Counted from the stretch's first letter, positions 49,020-62,303 are shown. The stretch is 64,000 nt of DNA from Octopus bimaculoides (GCF_001194135.2 NC_068984.1:103470331-103534330); one strand, 5' to 3'. Notes: generated by a model from the sequence alone, not told the origin. Program-made: numbers and translations.

Positions 49020-49630
49020 ACATGGATGTCTAGAAGCATCATTTCCCCTTGTTGATCAAGTATTTAGTAACAATCTCCTATTCTTGGATAGCAAAGACAT
49101 ATCCTTCTAGGTGAGATGTGATATACTTATCACAGGTCTAGAAGAGGCTACTATTTTTGTCAATATTGTTAGTATTCTCAAGTTTGCGGGATATGTACCC
49201 ATGCATAACTTACTGCTGGTACGACGAGTGCTCTTCTACCTAGTCCCTGTTTAAGTAGGCCAATCCAATCATTCATGGTTCACACGGAATAGATGTAGAC
49301 TATATACGGAATGTATTCATTCCTCTTTTTACTTCTTAATAGGTGTTGTCTAAGTTGCACGATCTGGCACTCAAAGGCTGTCTAGACTGATCTTATCGTT
49401 TGTCTCCATTCCTCCTTTGTCTCTGTTTGTGTGGAAGTTATCAGCCATTGTTAGTATCTTTCGGGTCTTGATGTCTAAATTGCAGATTTCTTCAAGTGTT
49501 CAGTCTAGCATTAGCATTGCGAAAGCATTGTAGAGTATAGTTATTGAATGCAAACAATTCTGACTTTCATATCTCTGAAGTTTGCTGAAGTTTTGTTTCG
49601 TCACCCTAGCTTTACTCACAGCACCGGTAT
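49020..49630 (-). mobile_element. Dong/R4-clade LINE, post-RT fragment, decayed
   Basis: LYNAFAM...TLEEICNLDIKTRKILTMADNFH; CDKYITSHLEGYVFAIQE*EIVTKYLI. Confidence 0.75.
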
Positions 49631-49640
49631 ATGCGATATA

Positions 49641-50113
49641 CAGTAATCACTTGCCACATCGCGCCCTCAGCACATCGCGGATTTTTCTGGTTAATATATG
49701 TAAATTTATATCACGGACTCCTCAGTATATCGCGGGTTTCTGCGGCCGATAGGTATTTATATTCTTTAGATTTTAATTATTTCGTGATAAAATAAGCATT
49801 TTCACGCCTAAAAATTAATAAATTAATGAACAAAAATACAATACAGTACTGCACTGTATAACACATTAATTAAAATATATTAAGAGAAAATACGTAATTT
49901 ACCGTAGAGGAGTAAACAAAGAATCGCACATACTGTATGGAAAACGAAACTCGGGAGGCGAGTGTGTGGTGTTTTGCATTTATAAAATAAATATTTACAA
50001 ATTATTAAAATGATTTTAAAAATGTACAGTATCGTACTGTTTCTACTTCGCGGATTTTCTTCTATCGCGGGGTGTTTTGGAACGTAACACCCGCGATAGT
50101 CTACGGATTACTG
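49641..50113. mobile_element. Tigger/pogo-like MITE with TA target duplication
   Basis: ta|cagtaatc...catcgcg and cgcgatag...gattactg|ta termini. Confidence 0.8.
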
Positions 50114-50157
50114 TACACGTCAATTCACAGGTAATTTGTGGCATTCAAAAAGTGCTC

Positions 50158-50227
50158 CAGAGATGCTAGGGATCGAACCCGGTGCCCTTTTATATACAAA
50201 GTTAACGCTTTGCCACTGAGATTCACT
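50158..50227 (-). pseudogene. tRNA-Ala-derived pseudogene, copy 1
   Basis: Minus strand ctcagtggcaaagcgttaactttgtatataaaagggcaccgggttcgatccctagcatctctg: A and B boxes present, anticodon arm mutated, TTTTT about 8 nt downstream. Confidence 0.7.
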
Positions 50228-50290
50228 TTCATTCGTTCTTTCATTCGTTCTCGTTAATTCCCACGTATTCGTAGCATTCAAAAAATGCTC

Positions 50291-50347
50291 TGGAGTTCAC
50301 AGGGATCGAACCCGGTGCCTTTCGCATGCAAAGTGAACGCTACATCA
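50291..50347 (-). pseudogene. tRNA-Ala(TGC) pseudogene, copy 2, with the D-arm deleted
   Basis: Minus strand gatgtagcgttcactttgcatgcgaaaggcaccgggttcgatccctgtgaactcca: TGC anticodon loop and T-arm intact, poly-T terminator downstream. Confidence 0.75.
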
Positions 50348-50806
50348 TTCATTTTCATTCGTTTGAGAGGGAGATATGTTGGTCACTGCTATCTAAGAAA
50401 AGACAGCTTAGTGAGTGAGCTCTTTCTGTAGATCCTAAGCCGTGAGAATTCTTATGCTGGGCGACCCAGAATGGCATACATTGATCAACTCTCTGGTGAT
50501 GTCAAGTTACAAACAGAAGACTTCAAATGTTTCGTGGAGGACGGGAACGCTTGGGAAGAAAGAATGGTTTTGATCCGTCAATCTGCCTGAAACGATAGTT
50601 AGACATAAAATTCATCACTAGTGATAGGGAAGACAGGCAGGCTATCAATATCCATATTCCTTGACGAATCGACAATCTTTCTTCGTTTGACTATGCAATA
50701 TGACCACTTGTCTTGACCAAACTCTATTCTTATATCCCACAAAAATACAGTAACCCGTTCTAACTATTTCTCAGCGTTGTGAAAATTACTCGACTACAGT
50801 TCGAAT

Positions 50807-51147
50807 CAGTAGTTCTTAACCGAGGTTCACATGAACCCTGAAGGTCCATATAAAATTTTGGAGGGGTCCATGCAATCAAAATATTAAATTGAGGATCCAC
50901 AATAACATTTTAAGCGTCCCTGAAAAAAATTTGCTTTAGATGTGCTTATTGTAAGAAGCAGCTAGATTTCTTTCTCTAACGTTTTGCTTAGTTCAAACTA
51001 CACAAGTGAATGTCTGAAATACAAAATAGGAATTTTGAAAGAAATTTCTATAAAACTAGTTTTTAAACAACGAATGGTTATAGGGATCTACCAGAATAAA
51101 ACAATAATTAAAGGGATCCATAGGCAAAAAATTGTCCAGAACCACTG
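50807..51147. mobile_element. hAT/Charlie-like MITE
   Basis: Termini cagtagttcttaac ... gtccagaaccactg. The 8-bp flanks match only partly. Confidence 0.6.
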
Positions 51148-51463
51148 GATTAGATCACCAACATTTTCTTTTTCTTTTGTGAGAGTGTGGCTGCTTTCTT
51201 GATTCTCTGAGTCCGGACCGTTACACCAGCTGAACACCGTTCTAATAGGTTTTGTGTAAAAGCCCTACTATATAGTAAAAGGAAAATATTTCTCGAAGGT
51301 GCTTTGCAATCGAACCCAGAAACATGCAACTGCGAAGCGAATGTCTTAACCGCAGAGCCTACCGCAGGCCACATCACCTTCGTATTTCCCTTCTTTATTT
51401 CTCTGTTGCTCGTTTTTCTTGTCTTTACTTTTGTTTCTAAGCTCCTTTCTTTCTCTCTGTCTC

Positions 51464-51542
<79 letters not shown>

Positions 51543-51949
51543 CTTTCCCTCTTACTCCCTCTCTCCCTCTTACTCCTCTCTCCCTCTCCCGCTATCTTTC
51601 TTACCCCCTTTCTGTCTTTCCTTCCCTCACTCTATCCGTGAATCTTTTCCTTCTCTCTCCACAATTCCTTCTTGTCAGTTTTGTTTTTACCTATTCCAGT
51701 TTCAAAAGGCTTACAACACACTAAACACACCCTCCCTCCATCCTCACCCCCCAAACTTATATTCCCGTCAGTTGCTTATATTTTCCTTCCCCAACAAACC
51801 CATCAACCCCTCCACCCAGCCTCACCATTTTCTAGAACTTTCTATAGATTTTCTCATTTAACTTTCCCAATAAAATATTTTTAACAACAAAATCTTTCGG
51901 CAAATCTTATTTTCTCTGATTGATTGATTCATCAACACACACACACACA

Positions 51950-51987
<38 letters not shown>

Positions 51988-52251
51988 AACAAACAAACAA
52001 ACAAACAAATACATACATACACATATAGATACATGGGCATAGACAGACACGAACACAGATACATACACATACCACACACACACATACACACATGCATATA
52101 GATAGATAAATAGAAATATATATATATATGCATACATATACTTATATTTATATATATATATGTATATATATATATATGTACACACACATACACTCATACA
52201 TACATACACACACTTGTACGTGTGTGTATGTATATGTATGCGTGTATGTAC

Positions 52252-52286
<35 letters not shown>

Positions 52287-52334
52287 TATATACACACACT
52301 TATACGTGTGTATGTATATGTATGCGTGTATGTA

Positions 52335-52457
<123 letters not shown>

Positions 52458-52530
52458 GTATGTATGTATTATATAGACAGACAGGTTGACAGACAGACAG
52501 GTTGACAGACAGACGGACAGACAGACTGTA

Positions 52531-52565
<35 letters not shown>

Positions 52566-52576
52566 TAAATAGATAA

Positions 52577-52633
<57 letters not shown>

Positions 52634-52826
52634 CATATAGATATTGTTACCAACTTCCTTCCCGGTTTATTTCTTCATTTAATTTTAGGGGTATTTCCTC
52701 TCATTTACATCATCTTATTTTATTTCATTTAGTTTTTGTTGTTTTTTTTTCTGTCTTCTTTTTGGGTTTTTTTCGTTTTCTTTTTGTCGATCGGGTTATG
52801 TTCTTCTGCCACACACACACACACAT

Positions 52827-52858
<32 letters not shown>

Positions 52859-53462
52859 GTATTCTATGTTTGTTTCGACAAAGAATAACATGCAGACATT
52901 CCAAACATTCTTTACATCAACTCCTTGGGGATTTTTCAATCAACATTCAATCTTTTGCTCTTTCTCTCTCNNNNNNNNNNNNNNNNNNNNNNNNNNNNNN
53001 NNNNNNNNNNNNNNNNNNNNNNNNNNNNNNNNNNNNNNNNNNNNNNNNNNNNNNNNNNNNNNNNNNNNNNNNNNNNNNNNNNNNNNNNNNNNNNNNNNNN
53101 NNNNNNNNNNNNNNNNNNNNNNNNNNNNNNNNNNNNNNNNNNNNNNNNNNNNNNNNNNNNNNNNNNNNNNNNNNNNNNNNNNNNNNNNNNNNNNNNNNNN
53201 NNNNNNNNNNNNNNNNNNNNNNNNNNNNNNNNNNNNNNNNNNNNNNNNNNNNNNNNNNNNNNNNNNNNNNNNNNNNNNNNNNNNNNNNNNNNNNNNNNNN
53301 NNNNNNNNNNNNNNNNNNNNNNNNNNNNNNNNNNNNNNNNNNNNNNNNNNNNNNNNNNNNNNNNNNNNNNNNNNNNNNNNNNNNNNNNNNNNNNNNNNNN
53401 NNNNNNNNNNNNNNNNNNNNNNNNNNNNNNNNNNNNNNNNNNNNNNNNNNNNNNNNNNNNNN

Positions 53463-53538
<76 letters not shown>

Positions 53539-54499
53539 TGTATACATATATATTTACATATATGTATATGTGCGTGTGTATATATATGTATATACATATA
53601 TACATACATACATACATACACATTACACAAACACACATTGCATTTTTATAGCATCGTGCTGTACTTTTGTGGAGCTCTGTTTGCGTTTGTGAGTCTGTGT
53701 GAGTGTTTGTGTGTGTGTGTTCTACTGTTTATGTATGCCAGTGTGTGCATATAAATTTATATATATATATATATATATGAATAGTCTGTTTACAAAAGGA
53801 CAACTGTGGAGAGACAGACAGACAGAATAGTAACATAGATGCAGAGAGAGAGAGGGGAAGAGGGAAAGAAAGAGAGAGAGAGCATGTGTGAATATGTGTG
53901 TGTCTCTCTACGTAAGACTCTTTATTCGAGTAGATATGAAATCCTGTGTAAATGAAGACAAATAAAGATATAAAGAGAGAGAGGTAGATAGAGACAGAGA
54001 AAGAGAGAGAGAGAGAGTGAATGAGAAAGCGAGAGGGACTGTGTATGTGTTAGCATGCTTGTCTGTGTGTATGTGTGTGTTTGTGTGTGTGTGCATGCGT
54101 GAATAACTGGAGAGGAAGGGAGAGGAGGGAAGGAAGAGGAAGACTAAGCAAAGGACAGACAGACAGACAGCATGTACGTTTTTGTGCTATATTTGAAAAT
54201 TTTGGAATTTGTCTGCATGTATGTGTATGCGCATCCATGTGCACGTGCGCGCATGTGCGTAAGCGTGTGTGTGCGCGCGCGCGTATAAGTGTAAGTGTGT
54301 ATGTGCATGTGTGTGTGTCTGTCTGTCTGTCTGTACTTGAGTTCTGTGGGTACGATTACTTATTTGCCCAAGTGTAGTGTATAGGCTTGTGAATGGGAGG
54401 AACAACTGCGTGAGAAAAGGATTATAAGGATCCCATACTATCATATATATATTATATATATGTAATGGGGTATATACTATTTATATAGATATATAAATA

Positions 54500-54629
54500 A
54501 GGTGCATGGCCTAGTGGTTAGGGTGTTGCACTCACGATCTTGCGAACGTGTGAACTCAATTACTAGACCGGGTGGTGCGTTGTATTCTTGAGCAAAATAC
54601 TTCATCTCGCATTGATCTGCGATCACTTC

Positions 54630-54635
<6 letters not shown>
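54500..54635 (+). mobile_element. tRNA-derived SINE family C
   Basis: tggcctagtggttagggtgttgcactcacgatc...ttcttgagcaaaatacttcatc. Confidence 0.75.
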
Positions 54636-54666
<31 letters not shown>

Positions 54667-55084
54667 NNNNNNNNNNNNNNNNNNNNNNNNNNNNNNNNNN
54701 NNNNNNNNNNNNNNNNNNNNNNNNNNNNNNNNNNNNNNNNNNNNNNNNNNNNNNNNNNNNNNNNNNNNNNNNNNNNNNNNNNNNNNNNNNNNNNNNNNNN
54801 NNNNNNNNNNNNNNNNNNNNNNNNNNNNNNNNNNNNNNNNNNNNNNNNNNNNNNNNNNNNNNNNNNNNNNNNNNNNNNNNNNNNNNNNNNNNNNNNNNNN
54901 NNNNNNNNNNNNNNNNNNNNNNNNNNNNNNNNNNNNNNNNNNNNNNNNNNNNNNNNNNNNNNNNNNNNNNNNNNNNNNNNNNNNNNNNNNNNNNNNNNNN
55001 NNNNNNNNNNNNNNNNNNNNNNNNNNNTATATAATATAATATAAATAATATATAAACATATGCATATATCCATACATATATGTA

Positions 55085-55904
55085 CAGGGTGCGGTGAATA
55101 AACTGTCGTCTAAATTACACAAGAATGAAAAGAACACTGGCATCTCATTTTAACAGTTATATTTACCAAAATTACATAAAAATATCTTGAAATACTAAAG
55201 AGTAAATTTATTCACTAAAATCACAAGTGACTTCAACCACTTCCTCCAGACAACTTTGGAATCTCCTGCAACTCTTCTGGACAGTCTCCTTGTTTCAGTT
55301 AAATGCTGCCATAATCCTTGCCTTCAGGTCATCTTTGGTGTTGCAAGGACTTTTGTTGGTCTCTCGCTCAACTGCACACCACACATAATAACCAAAGGGG
55401 TTGTAGTCAGGGGAATTAGGTGGCCAGATATTAGGGATGGTGCAGTTGCAGAAGTTCTCTAACAGCCATCACCGGTTTCTTTTGCTTGTGTAGCATAGGG
55501 TCTTCCAACAACCACCCTTTCGACCCAGGGCAGCATTACCTCAGGCATTTGATGTAGGCCTCCATGTTGTGTCTGAGGCCGTGTGATCACTCCAAACACC
55601 ATGATGTTGACTGGATGTTTGATTTTTATCACTCTTGGTACATGTCCTCAGATTGCACTGACCTCAGATCGACACCTAAACACTCTGAAATGTTCGTGTG
55701 GGAGCTTCCGGCACGAATGCCAGGCAGTACAGCATGTCGTTTCCAAATTTCTGTTAGAATGAATTGCGTCATGGTGCTTTTTTTCCTTACAGACGGTGCC
55801 CAACTGACCCTACTGTACTGTGTAGTCGACAAAATTAAAAACAAGCAATGCGAATACGTGAAATTAAAAGTACAAAATGGCGGCAATCTACCCATCGCAC
55901 CCTA
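55085..55904 (-). mobile_element. Internally deleted Tc1/mariner element (maT/DD37D-like), both TIRs present
   Basis: Termini ta|cagggtgcggtgaataaactg and caatctacccatcgcacccta|ta. MTQFILTEIWKRHAV...; KHPVNIMVFGVI; LPWVERV; IWPPNSPDYNPFGYYVWCAVERETN. Confidence 0.88.
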
Positions 55905-56763
55905 TATGCATGTATGTATGTATGTATGGACAGACAGACAGACTTACATCGAGTCACGACGTAATCAAGACAAAATAGATCCTTCAGCAGAAATCTACTA
56001 CAATGAACACATTGATATGCTCAATAACAAAACGTTTTTCTTTTTCTTTCTTGAAACAAATTTTAATTCCATCCTTCACTGACTCTCTGTGTCGTTGTAC
56101 TACTTCTTTTTCAACAACAACGACGGCGACAGTACCAACAACCTGTCATTATAGGGAAAGTATTTTTATAGTTTGTGTAGCATTGTCTATATATTGAAAG
56201 ACATACAGGAACACACACAGACAAACAACTCCACAATAATTATATGTATTATATGTTTTGTTTTTTAACATTTTTCTATTATATATATATAATAGAAAAA
56301 TGTTACAAAAACAAAATAGAAACTACACGTGGAAATGTAAGTGGAAAGTAAGCAGAAAAATAAGCGAAAATGCACATTGAAAATCAAATAAAGTAAAGGC
56401 TTTTTATGAAAAGTAATGATAGATATATACAATTAAAGGAACTGAGGTAGGAATAAAGGTAATAAAAGTCATTATTGTGAGTTGTTAAAGAGATTCAAAA
56501 GCATACCGGTTTCGTAGTATTACTAATCATTGCTTTGAATGCACACCGAATACTGAACGGTGTCAGGTCTATTAGTCCCTTAGTAAAAAGATTATGTGTA
56601 AGGGAGGTAAGTAGTTCTGGATTTGGTGCAATGTATGGCTATTTTTCTAAGTCTGTGTTGCGTTATATTGACAGACTTGAACTTAAAATACCTGCGTTTT
56701 AAATCAAAACTTGTTACTAAAATTACAACACTAGCAATCTATCTATCTTTCACACAGACACTT

Positions 56764-56841
<78 letters not shown>

Positions 56842-56892
56842 CTTCTCTCTCTCTCCAAAAACCATTTTTGTCCTTCCCGTCTAGTAAATATA

Positions 56893-57757
56893 TGAAGGAA
56901 CTGTGAAATCTTGCATGCACTAATTTCAACTCATCTTATTAATGACTGCATTGTTTCTTTCCAGGTAAACTGACACTTCAAAGGGGACTTCAAAACTAAC
57001 TAGAAGCCACTTCTCTTGAAAACGGACGATATTTGGCATCGTGGCATTATCAAGTACTTGCAGAAAAAATGTTTAACCCACAACGACATTCATGCTGACA
57101 TGATTGTTGCATTAGAAGATGACGCTGCAGCTTTTATCAACACTGCAAAAGTGGAGAGTTGAATTTAGAAGGGAAGGGAGAGTGTTGAAGATGAACCAAC
57201 GTTTGGACATCCTGCAACTGTCACTATCGAGAAAGACATTAATCATGTTCACCACATGGTGATGGATGACCAGGCAATTGACTATAAAACAACTAGCCAG
57301 TGCTATTAGCATATCCCAAGGGTGAGTTGCGGATATTCTGTGCTAAAAACTTGGCAAGACAAATGTTTCTGCTCGTTGGATGTCACGTTTTGTGACACCT
57401 GATCAAAGGCCTACCAGGCTGATCACATCACGGGAGAATCTGACATTGTCTGAGACAGAACCAGCTGGTTTCCTTCAACGTCTCCAAAGCCAGGACAAGT
57501 GTTGGCTTCGTCACTTTGATCCAGAGACGAAGAGACAATCCGACAATCCATGCAGTGAAAATACTCCTTCTCACTATTATTTTTTTAAGCAATAAGACGA
57601 AAGCTTCATCACTAATCGATTCAAGCACTGTAACACTGATGTAAGAAGAGTGTGGACCGCAAGGGGGGTGGGGGTGCTATCCTAAAAAATAAACCTCATT
57701 TGGTCACATTTCACGAGTGCATCTTGGTCAGCCTGTGAATCTTTCAGTCAACCTTCG
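56893..57757 (+). mobile_element. Internally deleted mariner element
   Basis: WHRGIIKYLQKK...HADMI..L.DDA..LSTLQKWRVEFRR; SVEDEP..GHP; VSARWMSRFVTPDQRPTR; DKCWLRHFDPETKRQS; 3' end KCVDRKG and a TIR-like gcctgtgaatctttcagtcaaccttcg. Confidence 0.85.
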
Positions 57758-57929
57758 TCCATATATATATGGACAAACGGGAAGGTAAAACTCTGAGTAA
57801 CAGTTTCTGTGATGTTTTTGCAGCTTTAATAAATTAGCATATTACTCTACCTTCGGTATTCGAGTACTATTTTTTCCACTTTGTTTTGCATTTATGTGCT
57901 TATTCGTGTATGTGTGTGTGTGTGTGTAT

Positions 57930-58600
57930 AAGAATTAAATTAACTCCAAAACCACTAAAGCACTATACTTAATGACTGACAAAGGGAGGTAAGTCCCTAG
58001 CGTATATAGCCGTATTGCGATTTTGAATTTTGGTGGAGACCACCTTAATTTTCATCAGCGGCTCTTAACACCTAGGGTTAAACTCAACTTCTTTTGTCAA
58101 TCTTATAAGAAAAACCGTTGAAAACATGTGCTGATTTTCAAAACGGTAAAAGTGTAACCAACAAACCAAAAGGGTGGCCTATTAGCAATTAGAACCTAAA
58201 GGCAAAATTAATAGAGGTCACAAAACTAACGGAGGGCACTGACGAGCACCGTTTATGCTAAAATAAGAGTTGAATTAACTCCAAAGCCACTAAAGCACTA
58301 CACTTAATGACTGACAAAGGGAGGTAAGTCCTAATCGTATATAGCCGTATCGCGATTTCGAATTTTGGTGTAGGCTCAACTTCCTTTGTCAATCTTATAA
58401 GAAAAACACTTTGGTTTGTTGTTTACACTTTTACAGTTTTGAAAACCAGCACATTCTTATAAGGTTGACAAAGGAAATTGAGTTTAACCCAAGGCGTTAA
58501 GAGCCACTTATTATAGCATAATGATCAGTGCCCTCTGTGACTTTTGTGACGTCTATTAATTTTGTCTTTAGATTCTAATTGCTAATAGGCCACCATTTTG
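57930..58600. repeat. Mosaic of direct and inverted modules (PLE pLTR-like relic)
   Basis: Module A at 57930-58045 is repeated at 58270-58370. Modules at 58065-58245 recur, shuffled and inverted, at 58410-58595. Confidence 0.75.
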
Positions 58601-59467
58601 GTTATATATATATATATATATATATATNNNNNNNNNNNNNNNNNNNNNNNNNNNNNNNNNNNNNNNNNNNNNNNNNNNNNNNNNNNNNNNNNNNNNNNNN
58701 NNNNNNNNNNNNNNNNNNNNNNNNNNNNNNNNNNNNNNNNNNNNNNNNNNNNNNNNNNNNNNNNNNNNNNNNNNNNNNNNNATATACACACAATTATATA
58801 TAAGGGCAAAACAAAACAATTTTCTATGCCAATATGCAGAAAAATTGACCTTAGATCGTCTAACTACATACAATATTTTTCACTATAAATACACAGCGTG
58901 TTGGAACGAGGAAAGCAAGCTAACAGAAAATTTTAAAATTCGTTATTCCCGAATCGGACCGATTTCTGGATTAATCCACAAGGAGTCTTTCTTCTTCAGC
59001 GAGAAACACGATTAGAATAAATGGAACACTTACATATACCCACTGAAAAAGCAGATGCAAAGTCATGAGTGCATTTAAGTACCCCAAATATATTCAAACA
59101 GAAATTCTGTTGCGAGCCTCAGAGCATGTGTATACGGTCTGGAAAACTGGCGTAAAGTGGTTACCAGTGCCGAAGTGAATGGTAATAAATGTATCTCTAA
59201 TATAAGAATAAAAGTTTTCGAAAAAAATTTTATCAGTGGCCTAGATGATCAGTAACCATTTGAAACCGCAGGTTTACATCAGAGAGCCCCTCTTCTAGAA
59301 GGATGCAGTGGTAGCATCTAGGGGTTCATCCTTCCTGTAGGGAGGTTCCAGGTTGAGTACCACTACGTAGCACCTTGGTAAGTGTCTTTTACTGTATACT
59401 CGTCAAACTAAAACGCTTATTATTCATACACTGCTTTCGTCTTTTGTTTTTTATGAATTTCAACTAT

Positions 59468-59524
<57 letters not shown>

Positions 59525-60071
59525 NNNNNNNNNNNNNNNNNNNNNNNNNNNNNNNNNNNNNNNNNNNNNNNNNNNNNNNNNNNNNNNNNNNNNNNNNNNN
59601 NNNNNNNNNNNNNNNNNNNNNNNNNNNNNNNNNNNNNNNNNNNNNNNNNNNNNNNNNNNNNNNNNNNNNNNNNNNNNNNNNNNNNNNNNNNNNNNNNNNN
59701 NNNNNNNNNNNNNNNNNNNNNNNNNNNNNNNNNNNNNNNNNNNNNNNNNNNNNNNNNNNNNNNNNNNNNNNNNNNNNNNNNNNNNNNNNNNNNNNNNNNN
59801 NNNNNNNNNNNNNNNNNNNNNNNNNNNNNNNNNNNNNNNNNNNNNNNNNNNNNNNNNNNNNNNNNNNNNNNNNNNNNNNNNNNNNNNNNNNNNNNNNNNN
59901 NNNNNNNNNNNNNNNNNNNNNNNNNNNNNNNNNNNNNNNNNNNNNNNNNNNNNNNNNNNNNNNNNNNNNNNNNNNNNNNNNNNNNNNNNNNNNNNNNNNN
60001 NNNNNNNNNNNNNNNNNNNNNTTTTTAATATTTTTGTATAAACGAAAAAAAAAAAATGAAAAGATTCTTAC

Positions 60072-60183
60072 CTTCTTCCTGACCAGGATTGAACCCCAGG
60101 CAGGACAGTTCAGAATGTCCCACTCAAGGAGTTCATCTACATTCACCTTTACCCACCAGTCCACCGGGTCCCTCCATGAATTG
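60072..60183 (-). CDS. Candidate internal host exon (112 nt), unidentified
   Basis: Acceptor tatctcatctttgacag|C, donor AAG|gtaaga, GC-richer than its flanks, with a single open minus-strand frame NSWRDPVDWWVKVNVDELLEWDILNCPAWGSILVRKK. Confidence 0.4.
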
Positions 60184-60604
60184 CTGTCAAAGATGAGATA
60201 CTTAAATCTATAATTGTGCCCAATCAATAATAAAAATAGATTTAGGTATCTCATTTTTGTGGCTTGAAATAAAAATTGCTTCTGTGGCTTTGTGGACATT
60301 GACGTTGGTAAAGTATAACTTAGTGTTTGGTATAGAGGTTTCAATCCCTTTTTTGAAGTTATAAAGCGTTATGTAATTTTATCTTTATCTGTCATTATAC
60401 TGGGCCACCATGAATTTTCGTTAAATGAATTGACCCCTGCACTTCTTCTTTAATCCTGGTTCTTATTTCATCAGTCTCTTTTTCCAAACCACTACAATGC
60501 CGGTTAACAAACAGTGGCTGTATATATCATTTTTTTTTTCCTCCAGCTTAAGGCTGTTTTTATTTTTATTTTATTTTTTTTAATCCAGCTTAATGCTGTT
60601 TTTT

Positions 60605-60960
60605 GCGCGGGGACATAGAAATAATCGGACTGAATACCCGATCGCGCTGTTAAACCATTGGGAGTGAAGGACCCCTAGCCCTTGTTAGGGCATCCTTCTA
60701 GGAGAAGGTAACTCAGGCAACTGGGATAACTCCAACATAAAACCTGCGGCTCAGTGGTTACCGATTATGGCTACTGTTGCTTAGTGAGTGGGATTGACTC
60801 AGTGCACAGCCTTTCCTCACTTAAAAAAAAAATCTTCTTGCACAGGCACTGCACGATAACAACATGTTAAGCTTCGTGTAATGGCCATACTCGATAACGA
60901 GGGGGCAGCCATCATGTATGTATGTATGTATGTATGTATGTATGTATGCATGTATGTATA
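60605..60960 (+). mobile_element. Probable RTE-derived non-autonomous element (5'-UTR-like part fused to the 3' tail)
   Basis: ggggcatccttctaggagaaggtaactc...aaaacct resembles RTE 5' UTRs. It ends gagggggcagccatc + (TGTA)n, the tail type seen at about 47870. Confidence 0.45.
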
Positions 60961-61408
60961 TGTGCAGATTTGTATGTTTTACCATACTTATGTATTCTCA
61001 TGTATATAGTTGCATATGTAGACATGCTCGTATATATTTAACTGATAAACTTCTGGAAAGCTTTACAGATTTTTACATTTCCAGTGATGGATTGGATCTG
61101 TAGTCTTCGAATTAGCTTTCTCCTTTCTGGTTTTGAGAAGCCTAATTTCTCAAGATTGGTATTTGAACACATGTATGTATGTATGTATGTATGTATGTAT
61201 GCATGTATGTACGTACGTATGCATGTATGAATGTACGTATGTATATATGCATAGAATAAACTCGCAGTTTCTGTCGACTAGTTTCATTGACAAGGCAGTG
61301 ATCAGCTTGAGACTGTAGTTGCTAAGATCTTGCCTTAGAACTGAACTTGAAGCCACGTAGTTGCGAATCAAATTTGTTAAGCACACAGATACATACACAC
61401 ACACACAC

Positions 61409-61467
<59 letters not shown>

Positions 61468-62232
61468 NNNNNNNNNNNNNNNNNNNNNNNNNNNNNNNNN
61501 NNNNNNNNNNNNNNNNNNNNNNNNNNNNNNNNNNNNNNNNNNNNNNNNNNNNNNNNNNNNNNNNNNNNNNNNNNNNNNNNNNNNNNNNNNNNNNNNNNNN
61601 NNNNNNNNNNNNNNNNNNNNNNNNNNNNNNNNNNNNNNNNNNNNNNNNNNNNNNNNNNNNNNNNNNNNNNNNNNNNNNNNNNNNNNNNNNNNNNNNNNNN
61701 NNNNNNNNNNNNNNNNNNNNNNNNNNNNNNNNNNNNNNNNNNNNNNNNNNNNNNNNNNNNNNNNNNNNNNNNNNNNNNNNNNNNNNNNNNNNNNNNNNNN
61801 NNNNNNNNNNNNNNNNNNNNNNNNNNNNNNNNNNNNNNNNNNNNNNNNNNNNNNNNNNNNNNNNNNNNNNNNNNNNNNNNNNNNNNNNNNNNNNNNNNNN
61901 NNNNNNNNNNNNNNNNNNNNNNNNNNNNNNNNNNNNNNNNNNNNNNNNNNNNNNNNNNNNNNNNNNNNNNNNNNNNNNNNNNNNNNNNNNNNNNNNNNNN
62001 NNNNNNNNNNNNNNNNNNNNNNNNNNNNNNNNNNNNNNNNNNNNNNNNNNNNNNNNNNNNNNNNNNNNNNNNNNNNNNNNNNNNNNNNNNNNNNNNNNNN
62101 NNNNNNNNNNNNNNNNNNNNNNNNNNNNNNNNNNNNNNNNNNNNNNNNNNNNNNNNNNNNNNNNNNNNNNNNNNNNNNNNNNNNNNNNNNNNNNNNNNNN
62201 NNNNNNNNNNNNNNNNNNNNNNNNNNNNNNNN

Positions 62233-62303
<71 letters not shown>

